Positions 28,531 to 36,133 of a DNA stretch of 64,000 nt are shown one piece after another (position 1 is the first letter of the stretch; each line of letters starts with the position of its first letter). Below the pieces are notes generated by a model. The model made no database searches and was not told where the DNA came from. It worked only from the letters and a program-made list of their open reading frames with translations. The position numbers were made by a program, and so were the translations under genes. The stretch covers positions 27,163 through 91,162 of the forward strand of contig JAGVWE010000003.1 in assembly GCA_018304425.1 (NCBI GenBank). The letters are read 5' to 3'. The stretch is from Candidatus Iainarchaeum sp. GTDB lineage: Archaea; Iainarchaeota; Iainarchaeia; Iainarchaeales; UBA10219.

Positions 28531-29268
28531 ATGTATTCCAAGGCATTGGGGGAACTTGGGTTGAGTCCCAACGAGGCCAAGGTCTACGAGGCCCTGCTCG
28601 ACCTGGGCCTTGCCTCCATTGACAAGCTAGCCGTGCAGAGCCAGGTACACCGGCGGAACGTCTATGACTCCGTGGAAAAGCTGGTGGCAAAGGGCCTTGC
28701 GAGCCCCGAGTTCCGGGAAAAAAAGCGGTTGTTCAAGGCCACGAATCCCAGGCGGTTGCTGATGCTGGTCAGGGAACGGGAGGCGCTCGTGGAATCGGTG
28801 CTGCCCGCGCTCGAGCAGAAGTTCCAGAAAGCCGTGGTCGAAGAAGAAGCCGTCATCTACCACGGCTTCGAGGGCGTGAAGAACTACTTGAATGACTTGC
28901 TGGAAGTCGGCGAACCCGCGTACTTCCTTGCGGCGAAAGGCTATTGGCTGCACCCAAAACTCAAATACTTCACGCCGAAATTCGACCGGGAACGCGTGAA
29001 GCGCGGCATTCCCATGCATCACTTGTTCGACGAGGAAGTCAAGACCCGGTGTCCGGAGATACTGAAACTGGAGCTCAACCACTACCGGTTCATCCCAAAA
29101 GAATTCGGCAGCCCGGGCCTGGTCGACTTCTTCGGCGACCACGTTTACCTCTTCCATGTCGTGGAAGACAACCCCGTGCAATTCAAAATCGTCTCCAAGC
29201 CCATCGCGGAAAGCTTCCGCACCTATTTCCGGTTCATGTGGCAATTCGCCGAGAAGGGAAACGAGTGA
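28531..29268 (+). CDS. TrmB-family transcriptional regulator
   Basis: N-terminal TrmB winged HTH (LGLSPNEAKVYEALLDLG); ATG 25 nt downstream of TTATATAG. Confidence 0.7.
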   Translation: MYSKALGELGLSPNEAKVYEALLDLGLASIDKLAVQSQVHRRNVYDSVEKLVAKGLASPEFREKKRLFKATNPRRLLMLVREREALVESVLPALEQKFQKAVVEEEAVIYHGFEGVKNYLNDLLEVGEPAYFLAAKGYWLHPKLKYFTPKFDRERVKRGIPMHHLFDEEVKTRCPEILKLELNHYRFIPKEFGSPGLVDFFGDHVYLFHVVEDNPVQFKIVSKPIAESFRTYFRFMWQFAEKGNE

Positions 29269-29289
29269 CGCCTGCAGCCAGGCCGCCGT

Positions 29290-30555
29290 TCACTTGAAGT
29301 AGTTTGTCTGGCCCCGGGCTTCCAGGCCTTCCTCGATGCGGAGCAACTGGTTGTACTTGGCGGTGCGCTCGCTGCGGCAGGGGGCACCCGACTTGATCTG
29401 GCCGCAGCCCAGGCCCACGGCAAGGTCCGCGATGAACGAATCCTCGGTTTCCCCGCTGCGGTGCGAGACCATGACCTTCCAGCCGTTTTTCCTGGCCAGG
29501 GAAGCGGCTTCAAGGGCTTCCGAGACCGTTCCAATCTGGTTGACCTTCAACAACAAGGCGTTACAGGCCTCCTCCATCAGCGCCTTGCGGATGCGCACCG
29601 GGTTGGACACCAGCAGGTCATCCCCGACCACCTGGGCCACGTTGCCCACTTCGGCCGTGAAGTCCGACCAGTTCAGCCAGTCATCCTCCGCGAACGGGTC
29701 CTCAAAGGAGTAAACGTCGTAGGTCTTCTTCAAGTCGAAGTAGACTTCCATGAGCTCGGGCCCGGAAAGCCGTTTGCCCGCCAACGTATAGGCTTCATCG
29801 GCGTAAAACCCGCTGGCCGCCGAGTCCAAGGCCAAGCGCACGACATCCGAGTAACCGAGTTCCTGCACGGCCGACAAAATCAATTCAATGGGCTCCCGGA
29901 CTTCCTTGAGAGGCGGAGCAAAGCCACCCTCGTCGCCCACATTGACTGCTTGCTTGCCGTACTTGGCCACTATTTTTTTCTTGAGCGTCTGGTAGATTTC
30001 GGCCACGATTTGGATGCCTTCCGCGAACGACTTGGCGCCCAAGGGCATGACCATGAATTCCTGGATGTCCAACTCGTTGCCGGCGTGCGCGCCTCCATTG
30101 ATGAGGTTGCTGGCAGGGCAGGGAAGCACGAACCGGTCGTTGGCGGCCAGGAAGCCGATGAACTCGTGCAAGGGAATGCCTTGCACCCGCGCGCTTTCCC
30201 GGCAGGCCGCCATGCTCGCGGAAAGAATGGCGTTCGCGCCCAGCCTCGACTTGTTGGGCGTGCCATCCAGGGCCAGCAAGGCATTGTCCACTACCCTTTG
30301 GTCGGTTACATCCAGGCCCACCAAGGCCTTCGCAATGGCCGTGTTCACGTTGGTTACGGCCATCGTCACGCTCTTGCCCAGGAAACAGTGGTCGTTGTCC
30401 CGCAGTTCCAGCGCCTCGTGAACGCCCGTGGAAGCCCCACTGGGCACCATGGCCCGCGAGAAGCCGCTGGATGTGTGCACCTCGCATTCAACGGTTGGGT
30501 TGCCGCGGCTGTCCAGGACCTGCCGCGCGAAAACCCGGGAAATCTTTTCAACCAT
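29290..30555 (-). CDS. eno: Enolase (phosphopyruvate hydratase)
   Basis: Canonical enolase; ATG at 30555 (MVEKISRVFARQVLDSRGNPTVE). Confidence 0.92.
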   Translation of the reverse strand: MVEKISRVFARQVLDSRGNPTVECEVHTSSGFSRAMVPSGASTGVHEALELRDNDHCFLGKSVTMAVTNVNTAIAKALVGLDVTDQRVVDNALLALDGTPNKSRLGANAILSASMAACRESARVQGIPLHEFIGFLAANDRFVLPCPASNLINGGAHAGNELDIQEFMVMPLGAKSFAEGIQIVAEIYQTLKKKIVAKYGKQAVNVGDEGGFAPPLKEVREPIELILSAVQELGYSDVVRLALDSAASGFYADEAYTLAGKRLSGPELMEVYFDLKKTYDVYSFEDPFAEDDWLNWSDFTAEVGNVAQVVGDDLLVSNPVRIRKALMEEACNALLLKVNQIGTVSEALEAASLARKNGWKVMVSHRSGETEDSFIADLAVGLGCGQIKSGAPCRSERTAKYNQLLRIEEGLEARGQTNYFK

Positions 30556-30599
30556 GTTTGGTCCGCCTAGATTGACGCCCACACTTAATTAAAGCTTAA

Positions 30600-31337
30600 T
30601 CAAAGTTTTACGCTGGCCTCCCCTATGCGGGGCAACCGGTTGACCAGGCCCGAGACAATCTTGTCGCCGATGAGCTGCTTGCGCATGCGGCCATAACAGA
30701 AGGCGTCAAACGCGCCATAGCGGGGTGCGGGAAACTTGCCCAGCACCAGCTTCCAGACGTCCGGCCAGGCGCGCTTGAGATAGGTCAGGCCCCCAATCAT
30801 TTCCTGGGGCGGCTGGTTGCGCTCGCTCAGGGAGTCCTTGACCAACGCGAAATCGATTTTCGAGACCAGCCGCGTGTAATAGCCGTCCGTCCACAGGTCG
30901 TGGCCAATGAGCACCATCCGCTCCCGGGGGATGCCGGAGACCGTCGCATAATTGGTTATCGCCACCTGCTTGAAGTACTCGTCCTTGAATTCGGGGTCTT
31001 TTTCCAGTTGCGTGAGGTAGCGCTGCCGGTCGAGCTTTTCCATGCCCTCGACGTAGCTGCCGGTAACCGAGTGGATGCGGGCCTGCCGGAAGTGGCCGGA
31101 AACCCCGGAAGCCGCCTGCAAGCGCTCCAGGGCCCGGGTCTGGCTGGAAGAAACGAGCAAGTGTTTTTCGAAGTCGAAGGCGTCCTCCAGGTGGGAAAGG
31201 TTTTCCAGAATTTCCCTGACCTTGCCGAAGGCATCCGCCTTGGACTGCACCTGGCCCGGCACCAGGACATCGCCCAAGCAGAAAAACAGGCATGTCTTCT
31301 TGAGCTGTTCCTGCCGGATGCCCTTCACCGAAAACAT
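30600..31337 (-). CDS. Hypothetical protein (245 aa)
   Basis: ATG ORF with the palindromic TATTTAAA ~25 nt upstream (box shared with prs). No confident domain: HAD-like motif IV is present but motif I is not canonical. Confidence 0.45.
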   Translation of the reverse strand: MFSVKGIRQEQLKKTCLFFCLGDVLVPGQVQSKADAFGKVREILENLSHLEDAFDFEKHLLVSSSQTRALERLQAASGVSGHFRQARIHSVTGSYVEGMEKLDRQRYLTQLEKDPEFKDEYFKQVAITNYATVSGIPRERMVLIGHDLWTDGYYTRLVSKIDFALVKDSLSERNQPPQEMIGGLTYLKRAWPDVWKLVLGKFPAPRYGAFDAFCYGRMRKQLIGDKIVSGLVNRLPRIGEASVKL

Positions 31338-31401
31338 GAACCATGAGAAGGCACAAACCTATTTAAACCCTTGACCACCCAAGTCTATTGTGTGGGATGG
31401 C

Positions 31402-32352
31402 ATGGCCGAACCGCTCCTGTTTTTCACCGGAAATTCGAACCCCGAACTGGCCAAGGAAATCGCTTCCCACTTGAAGGCGCGGCTCGGCGACGCAACTGTC
31501 ACCAAGTTCCAGAACGGGGAAACCTATGCCCGGTTCAACCAGAGCGTGCGCGGCAAGGACATCTTCATCCTGCAGAGCCTCTGCGAGCCCGTGAACGATA
31601 ACCTCATGGAGCTCCTGGTGCTGGCGGATGCGGCCAAGCGCAGCAGCGCCGAAACCATTAACGCGGTCATCCCCTGGTACGGCTACAGCCTCCAAGACCG
31701 GCAGACCCAGCCCAGGGAACCGATTACCGCGAAACTCGTGGCCAACCTCCTGCAGACCGCCGGAATCAACCGGATACTCACCATGGACCTACACGTCGGC
31801 CAAATCCAGGGCTTCTTCGACATCCCCGTGGACCACGTCACGGCAATTCCCTTGTTCGCCGACTACTTGAAGAAGCAAAAACTGCACAACCCCGTGGTGG
31901 TGAGCCCGGACGCGGGAGGCACGAAACGCGCGCGCATCCTGGCCAAGGAATTGAATGCCCCCATCGCCATGATTGACAAGCGAAGGCCCAAGCCCGGCGA
32001 AGCCGAAATCATGAACGTGGTGGGAGAGGTAAACGGGAAGACCTGCATCGTCGTGGACGACATCGTCAACAGCGGTTCCACGCTGGCCCCGGTATCGAAG
32101 GCGCTGCTGGCACGAGGGGCCACCGGCATCTACATCTGCGCCACGCATCCCATCCTCTGCGGACCCGCGGTCCAGCGGCTGAAAGAAACCCAGGCCAAGG
32201 AAATTGTTTTGACGAACACCATTCCCGTTTCCAAGGAAAAGCGCCTGCCAAACGTGCGCATCCTTTCCGTGGGCAAACTGCTGGCGGACGCCATCCAGAT
32301 GATGCACGCCCACAAGTCGTTGAGCGACAAGTTCGAGCAGCCCCTCCAGTAA
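31402..32352 (+). CDS. prs: Ribose-phosphate pyrophosphokinase (PRPP synthetase)
   Basis: Prs family (LLFFTGNSNPELAKEIA, PRPP-binding loop). The track ORF starts with GTG at 31390; the ATG is at 31402. Confidence 0.88.
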   Translation: MAEPLLFFTGNSNPELAKEIASHLKARLGDATVTKFQNGETYARFNQSVRGKDIFILQSLCEPVNDNLMELLVLADAAKRSSAETINAVIPWYGYSLQDRQTQPREPITAKLVANLLQTAGINRILTMDLHVGQIQGFFDIPVDHVTAIPLFADYLKKQKLHNPVVVSPDAGGTKRARILAKELNAPIAMIDKRRPKPGEAEIMNVVGEVNGKTCIVVDDIVNSGSTLAPVSKALLARGATGIYICATHPILCGPAVQRLKETQAKEIVLTNTIPVSKEKRLPNVRILSVGKLLADAIQMMHAHKSLSDKFEQPLQ

Positions 32353-32358
32353 TCGAGG

Positions 32359-32577
32359 ATGATGGACTTGACCAAGTGCGGTTTCTGTGGCGCTCTTGCG
32401 ACCAAGATGAGCGACGAGGGCTTCCCGTCCTGCGCGCGGCATTCGGGAAAAAAGGCGGCTGCGCCTTCCTGCCCTGACTGTGGTTCCGTGATGGCCCTGC
32501 GCAGGGGCAAGTTCGGGAGCTTCTGGGGCTGCATAACCTACCCCAACTGCATCGGCATCCGGAAGATGGGGGCATAG
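32359..32577 (+). CDS. Small topoisomerase-type C4 zinc-ribbon protein
   Basis: CPDCG...GKFGSFWGCITYPNC pattern; 7 nt after prs. Confidence 0.55.
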   Translation: MMDLTKCGFCGALATKMSDEGFPSCARHSGKKAAAPSCPDCGSVMALRRGKFGSFWGCITYPNCIGIRKMGA

Positions 32578-32582
32578 GCAGG

Positions 32583-33011
32583 CTAGGGCTTACAGTAAAG
32601 CCCTTTCAGCCCGGTGGCTTCCTCGGTTTTGCGGTAAACCCGGGCTTTGGACGCCAGCAGGGTTATCTCGTTGGTCACATGCACCACGGCATTGAATAAA
32701 TGGCCGCCCCAGGCCTTGTGACCCGAGTCCCCGATGCAGGCATGCAAGTGGAAGTCAAAGCCTTTTTCGGCGTTCCGCGAAAACAGGCCGGAGAGGGCCA
32801 CCAGTTCGACGGCTTCCTTCCACGTTCGCCGAAGATATTCGCCTTTTTTCACGAAATAGCCGAGCTCGCACTCGCCGAAGGCGCCTAGGCCTGAGGCAAT
32901 GACGGCTGTCCGGAGTTTGTGCTTCCGGCCCACGGCTTCAAGGGAGGCGTGCACGTTTTCCCCTGGAAACAAGCGCACGAAGACCAGGTTGCCTTGCATT
33001 TTGGACTGCAT
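32583..33011 (-). CDS. PPC/DUF296 domain protein
   Basis: 142 aa with DUF296-like conservation; CCTATTTAAGGG ~35 nt upstream on the minus strand. Confidence 0.5.
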   Translation of the reverse strand: MQSKMQGNLVFVRLFPGENVHASLEAVGRKHKLRTAVIASGLGAFGECELGYFVKKGEYLRRTWKEAVELVALSGLFSRNAEKGFDFHLHACIGDSGHKAWGGHLFNAVVHVTNEITLLASKARVYRKTEEATGLKGLYCKP

Positions 33012-33052
33012 CTAACCACAAGAAAAACGACGGATGCCCTTAAATAGGTTGC

Positions 33053-33102
33053 TAAAAAAAAGGCCGGGAAAAAAAGGTGCAAGTATAAAAACCTTCCCGG
33101 CC
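33053..33102 (-). terminator. Strong hairpin (GGCCGGGAA/TTCCCGGCC, 9-bp stem) followed by a T9 run on the minus strand
   Basis: Perfect inverted repeat flanked by an A9 run on the plus strand (a T-run for minus-strand transcripts). Confidence 0.5.
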
Positions 33103-33579
33103 TGTCGATGTAACAATCAATACAAAAAAAATTTTGTCACGCGGTTAACTTAACAACTCGTGCAAGTTTTACAAAGTCTTTTATAAAAGGTTGAACATAG
33201 TATTGGTCGAGGTGGTTAAACACAAAAAGTTTAACTAACTTAGTTCAATGGTTTGGAGGCAGGCTCACTCTGCTAATAGAGTAACATTGTTCTCATGGTC
33301 CAGTCCTCCAAACCATCCCATTTCTCCTGCTTCTTTCCCGTTGTTTCCGGGCCCCGCCTTGCGCGCTTTGCGGGTGGAAAGATTTTTTAATGCGAACAAC
33401 GTAGTTAATGGGTGAAACCGTGAGTGGAACCAGTAGTGCGGCCGCGATGTTCTTGATTGGCATGGTGGTGGGCAGGTTTTTGCCGGCGTTCCCCGAGCCC
33501 TTTGGGGTCGTGAACCAGTTCCTGCCCCTCCTCCTCATCGCCTTGGCGCTCTTGCTCTTCGTCCGGGGCTGAAACAGGC

Positions 33580-33999
33580 TTACCAGCGGCGTTTTCGGGG
33601 CTTCTTGGCCTTGCCCGGCCGCTTCCGGGCGGGCTTTTTGCGGGCGACCCCTCGGCGCCCCGCCTTCCGGGGGCGGGAAACCGGGCCCGGCTTCAAGCCC
33701 AGCGCGCGGGCGGACAACAGGCGAGCCAACTCCACGCTTTGCTCGTGCAGCGAGGGCGGAATCAATCCAATGGCTTTGAAGACCCCGGCCTTCACCCGGT
33801 AATGGCGTTCGAGGAGGCTGCCGAGTTCTTCGATGGAGGCACTGGACGCCTCGCCTTCGACGGCCAAGACAAACGAGTGAATGGCGTGACCCAACTCGGT
33901 TAAACCCTTTTTCCGCGCCTCGGCACCCCGCGCGGCCTTGACCGCTTCGGCCTGGGCCAAGGCCTTCCGGTCAACGGCTTCCGCAAGCAAACCCAACAA
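33580..33999 (-). CDS. Hypothetical protein with a highly basic C-terminal tail (KKPARKRPGKAKKPRKRRW)
   Basis: Starting at the track's upstream ATG would place the TATA inside the ORF, overlapping the divergent gene. An in-frame TTG at 33999 lies ~30 nt from the palindromic TATTTAAATA on the minus strand. Confidence 0.4.
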   Translation of the reverse strand: MLGLLAEAVDRKALAQAEAVKAARGAEARKKGLTELGHAIHSFVLAVEGEASSASIEELGSLLERHYRVKAGVFKAIGLIPPSLHEQSVELARLLSARALGLKPGPVSRPRKAGRRGVARKKPARKRPGKAKKPRKRRW

Positions 34000-34079
34000 A
34001 ACCCTCCAACCATTGAAGGCAATAAACGTATTTAAATAGATTCGCGTCCAAATTAACTCATTCAATCGGAGGTCATTCC

Positions 34080-34244
34080 ATGGGAAAAGAGCTTTCAAAG
34101 GAACTGCTGGAAGTCCTGGCCTGCCCGGCCTGCAAGGGAGACCTGGACTACCAGAAAGCAAAAGACCAACTGGTCTGCAAGAACAAGGCCTGCAAGCGCG
34201 CCTACAAAGTCGAAGACGGCATCCCGATCATGCTCGTGGAGTGA
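34080..34244 (+). CDS. Trm112-like small zinc-binding protein (54 aa)
   Basis: ATG ORF below the track cutoff: LACPACKGDL...CKNKACKRAYKVEDGIPIML. GGAGGT SD 6 nt upstream; TATTTAAATA ~45 nt upstream. Confidence 0.55.
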   Translation: MGKELSKELLEVLACPACKGDLDYQKAKDQLVCKNKACKRAYKVEDGIPIMLVE

Positions 34245-34932
34245 CCTTCCTTGGACGTCGGGTGCGCTGGGAAGCCAAGGACCTGATTAAAGGAGCGGAT
34301 TTCCGACCCGGGCTGTGCTTTTTTCTCGGTGCTTCAGGCGACAACACAAACCCTTCGGCCAATAAACTTTTCCGCAGCCGCTTACGGGCGCGCCACAAGC
34401 GCTGGTCAACTGCGTTTCTTTTCAGTCCGAGTACGGCTGCAATCTCTTCTGGTGTCTTATCGCCTTGAATGGACAACCGCAATACTGCCGCCTCCCTAGG
34501 GGGCAGCAAGCCAATCGCATTTTCAATTAAGGCAACGGCTTCACGGCTTTCCAGTGTATAATGGCGCGTTCTCCGCGCACGATAACGCTCTTCCGCATCT
34601 GCGGGAAGTTGGCGGAGCGGATGGCTACGTTGGGTACGCCATTCCAGTAAAAAAGTGTTCTTCACGCCGCGTGTCAAATATCCAATCAAGCCATCCTCCG
34701 TTTTGGCTACCAGTTTCCCTGTAACCCAATTCCATGCGACCTCGGCTGCCCGCGCACGCATCAGTTCACGCAAATGACGTGTGGAGAGATTGCGATATTC
34801 AGGCAGCAGGTGTCTGTAAAGGATCCGCCCCATGGCACTATCCCAACCCGGCCGCGTCCTGTCGAGCATGGCCAGTAAATCTTCTATCGCACGGTTGTCA
34901 CTAGCCGTATACCCGTGAACTGGACCTGACAT
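34228..34932 (-). CDS. Sigma-70/ECF-like protein (region 2 plus region 4 HTH)
   Basis: Region-4.2-like LPPREAAVLRLSIQGDKTPEEIAAVLGLKRNAVDQRLWRARKRLRK and region-2-like YLTRGVKNTFLLEWR. Start at MSGPVH (34932) ~27 nt from TTTTTATTT. Confidence 0.6.
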   Translation of the reverse strand: MSGPVHGYTASDNRAIEDLLAMLDRTRPGWDSAMGRILYRHLLPEYRNLSTRHLRELMRARAAEVAWNWVTGKLVAKTEDGLIGYLTRGVKNTFLLEWRTQRSHPLRQLPADAEERYRARRTRHYTLESREAVALIENAIGLLPPREAAVLRLSIQGDKTPEEIAAVLGLKRNAVDQRLWRARKRLRKSLLAEGFVLSPEAPRKKHSPGRKSAPLIRSLASQRTRRPRKVTPRA

Positions 34933-34985
34933 ACACCAGATACACACACGACCCCAAATAAAAAGGTTACCTTCCTTCCTCTGTC

Positions 34986-35465
34986 ATGGACCTCTTGTTC
35001 CACCTGCTCATCCCCTACACGCTTTTGCGGCTCCGGGGTTATGGCAACCGCTACCTGGTCCCGTTGGCGGTGCTGGCCGTCCTCCCCGACCTCGACCGGT
35101 TCGCGTGGCTGCGGCGAAGCTGGCACAGCCTCCTCCTGGGCCTTGCGCTGGTTGCCCTGGCCTGGTTCTTGGCGCGCAAGCGGGCGGACGGCAAACGCAT
35201 CACTTTCATCAGCGGGTTCTACTTCTTCTCGCACCTCGCCCTCGACTTGGGCGGGGAAATGGCGTGGCTGTGGCCCCTGGACTCCAGCTACTACGTGGTC
35301 ACGCCCTACGTGAAGCTCGTCAACCTCTGGCCGATTTTCGGCGTCGACTTCCAGGTGGTGCCAACCGTGGTCCAAGGCATTGGAACCGTGCTGAGCGCGG
35401 CTGGGTTTGGGGTGCTCGGGTTGCTACTGGGGTTGTGGACTGTGAACAGCCTGCGACGAAAATAG
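34986..35465 (+). CDS. Membrane-bound metal-dependent hydrolase-like protein (YdjM/DUF457-like)
   Basis: 159 aa, several TM helices, N-terminus MDLLFHLLIPYTLL; AAATAAAAAGG ~22 nt upstream. Confidence 0.5.
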   Translation: MDLLFHLLIPYTLLRLRGYGNRYLVPLAVLAVLPDLDRFAWLRRSWHSLLLGLALVALAWFLARKRADGKRITFISGFYFFSHLALDLGGEMAWLWPLDSSYYVVTPYVKLVNLWPIFGVDFQVVPTVVQGIGTVLSAAGFGVLGLLLGLWTVNSLRRK

Positions 35466-35466
35466 T

Positions 35467-35841
35467 TTAGGCGCCTGGAATGAATTCGGCGAACGGCTTG
35501 CCGGAAAAGTGCTGGTCGCCGGTGAGCAGTTTCTTCTCGGCGCTGGCATAGGAATAAATGATGGCGTCCGCCAAGTGCAGGCCCTCAGCCTCGCACAAGT
35601 TGCCGGCCTCTATGGCCCGCTCGGCAGTAAGGGGCAGCACGAGACTGTTCTGCATGACGTAATCAATGGCTTGATTCCGTTCAGCATCCGAAAATTTCCG
35701 TTTGACAAGGATTCTGGTGAGTTCACTTAGGACCAGGGTTGGCGTTTCGAGGTAGTTCCCTTCCAGCATGGACTTGAAGGGGGAGGCAGCATCCCCAAAA
35801 TAGGATACCCAAGCATAGGTGTCAACGATATAGGTCTTCAT
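35467..35841 (-). CDS. vapC: PIN-domain toxin VapC
   Basis: PIN acidic residues (IVDTYA, LSEL, LADAII, TGDQHF). Confidence 0.78.
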   Translation of the reverse strand: MKTYIVDTYAWVSYFGDAASPFKSMLEGNYLETPTLVLSELTRILVKRKFSDAERNQAIDYVMQNSLVLPLTAERAIEAGNLCEAEGLHLADAIIYSYASAEKKLLTGDQHFSGKPFAEFIPGA

Positions 35842-36031
35842 GAATTTCTTCCTCGACGATGTCCTTGGTCGAAATGCGCCCGGCTAAGAAACCGGCCAAG
35901 CTCTTTTTCTTCTTGAACAGGCCCTCAACCAGGATTTCGTTGGCTAATTTGGATAGGTTGTCGGGAGAACGTTGGCGGAGCTTGGCGAAGACCGCTTCAT
36001 CCAACACCAAGGTGGTGCGCACTTTGGACAT
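35822..36031 (-). CDS. vapB: VapB-like antitoxin
   Basis: Small ORF overlapping the vapC start (MSKVRTTLVLDEAVFAKLRQ); TTAAATAAAA ~30 nt upstream on the minus strand. Confidence 0.5.
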   Translation of the reverse strand: MSKVRTTLVLDEAVFAKLRQRSPDNLSKLANEILVEGLFKKKKSLAGFLAGRISTKDIVEEEIHEDLYR

Positions 36032-36107
36032 AGTACCAGCATATAGCATACAGCATACCTTTTATTTAAGCTTAATTGCTATAAGCTAGGCACCAAAAGC
36101 AATATAA

Positions 36108-36133
36108 AATAATTCGTTGATTGACGAATTATT
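36108..36133 (-). terminator. 10-bp inverted repeat (AATAATTCGT/ACGAATTATT) overlapping the pyrG stop, followed by a T-rich run
   Basis: Perfect inverted repeat with a 6-nt loop; downstream on the minus strand the sequence reads TTTTATATTGCTTTTGG. Confidence 0.4.

Noticed and set aside
30600-31337. Assigning the 245-aa protein to the HAD phosphatase superfamily
   Set aside because: Motif IV-like GHDLWTDG is present, but motif I lacks the catalytic DxD (sequence is FCLGDVLV). Left as hypothetical.
33418-33573. Possible GTG-start 51-aa hydrophobic peptide on the plus strand
   Set aside because: No SD or TATA at the expected distance, a GTG start, and no homology support. Could be real but is unsupported.
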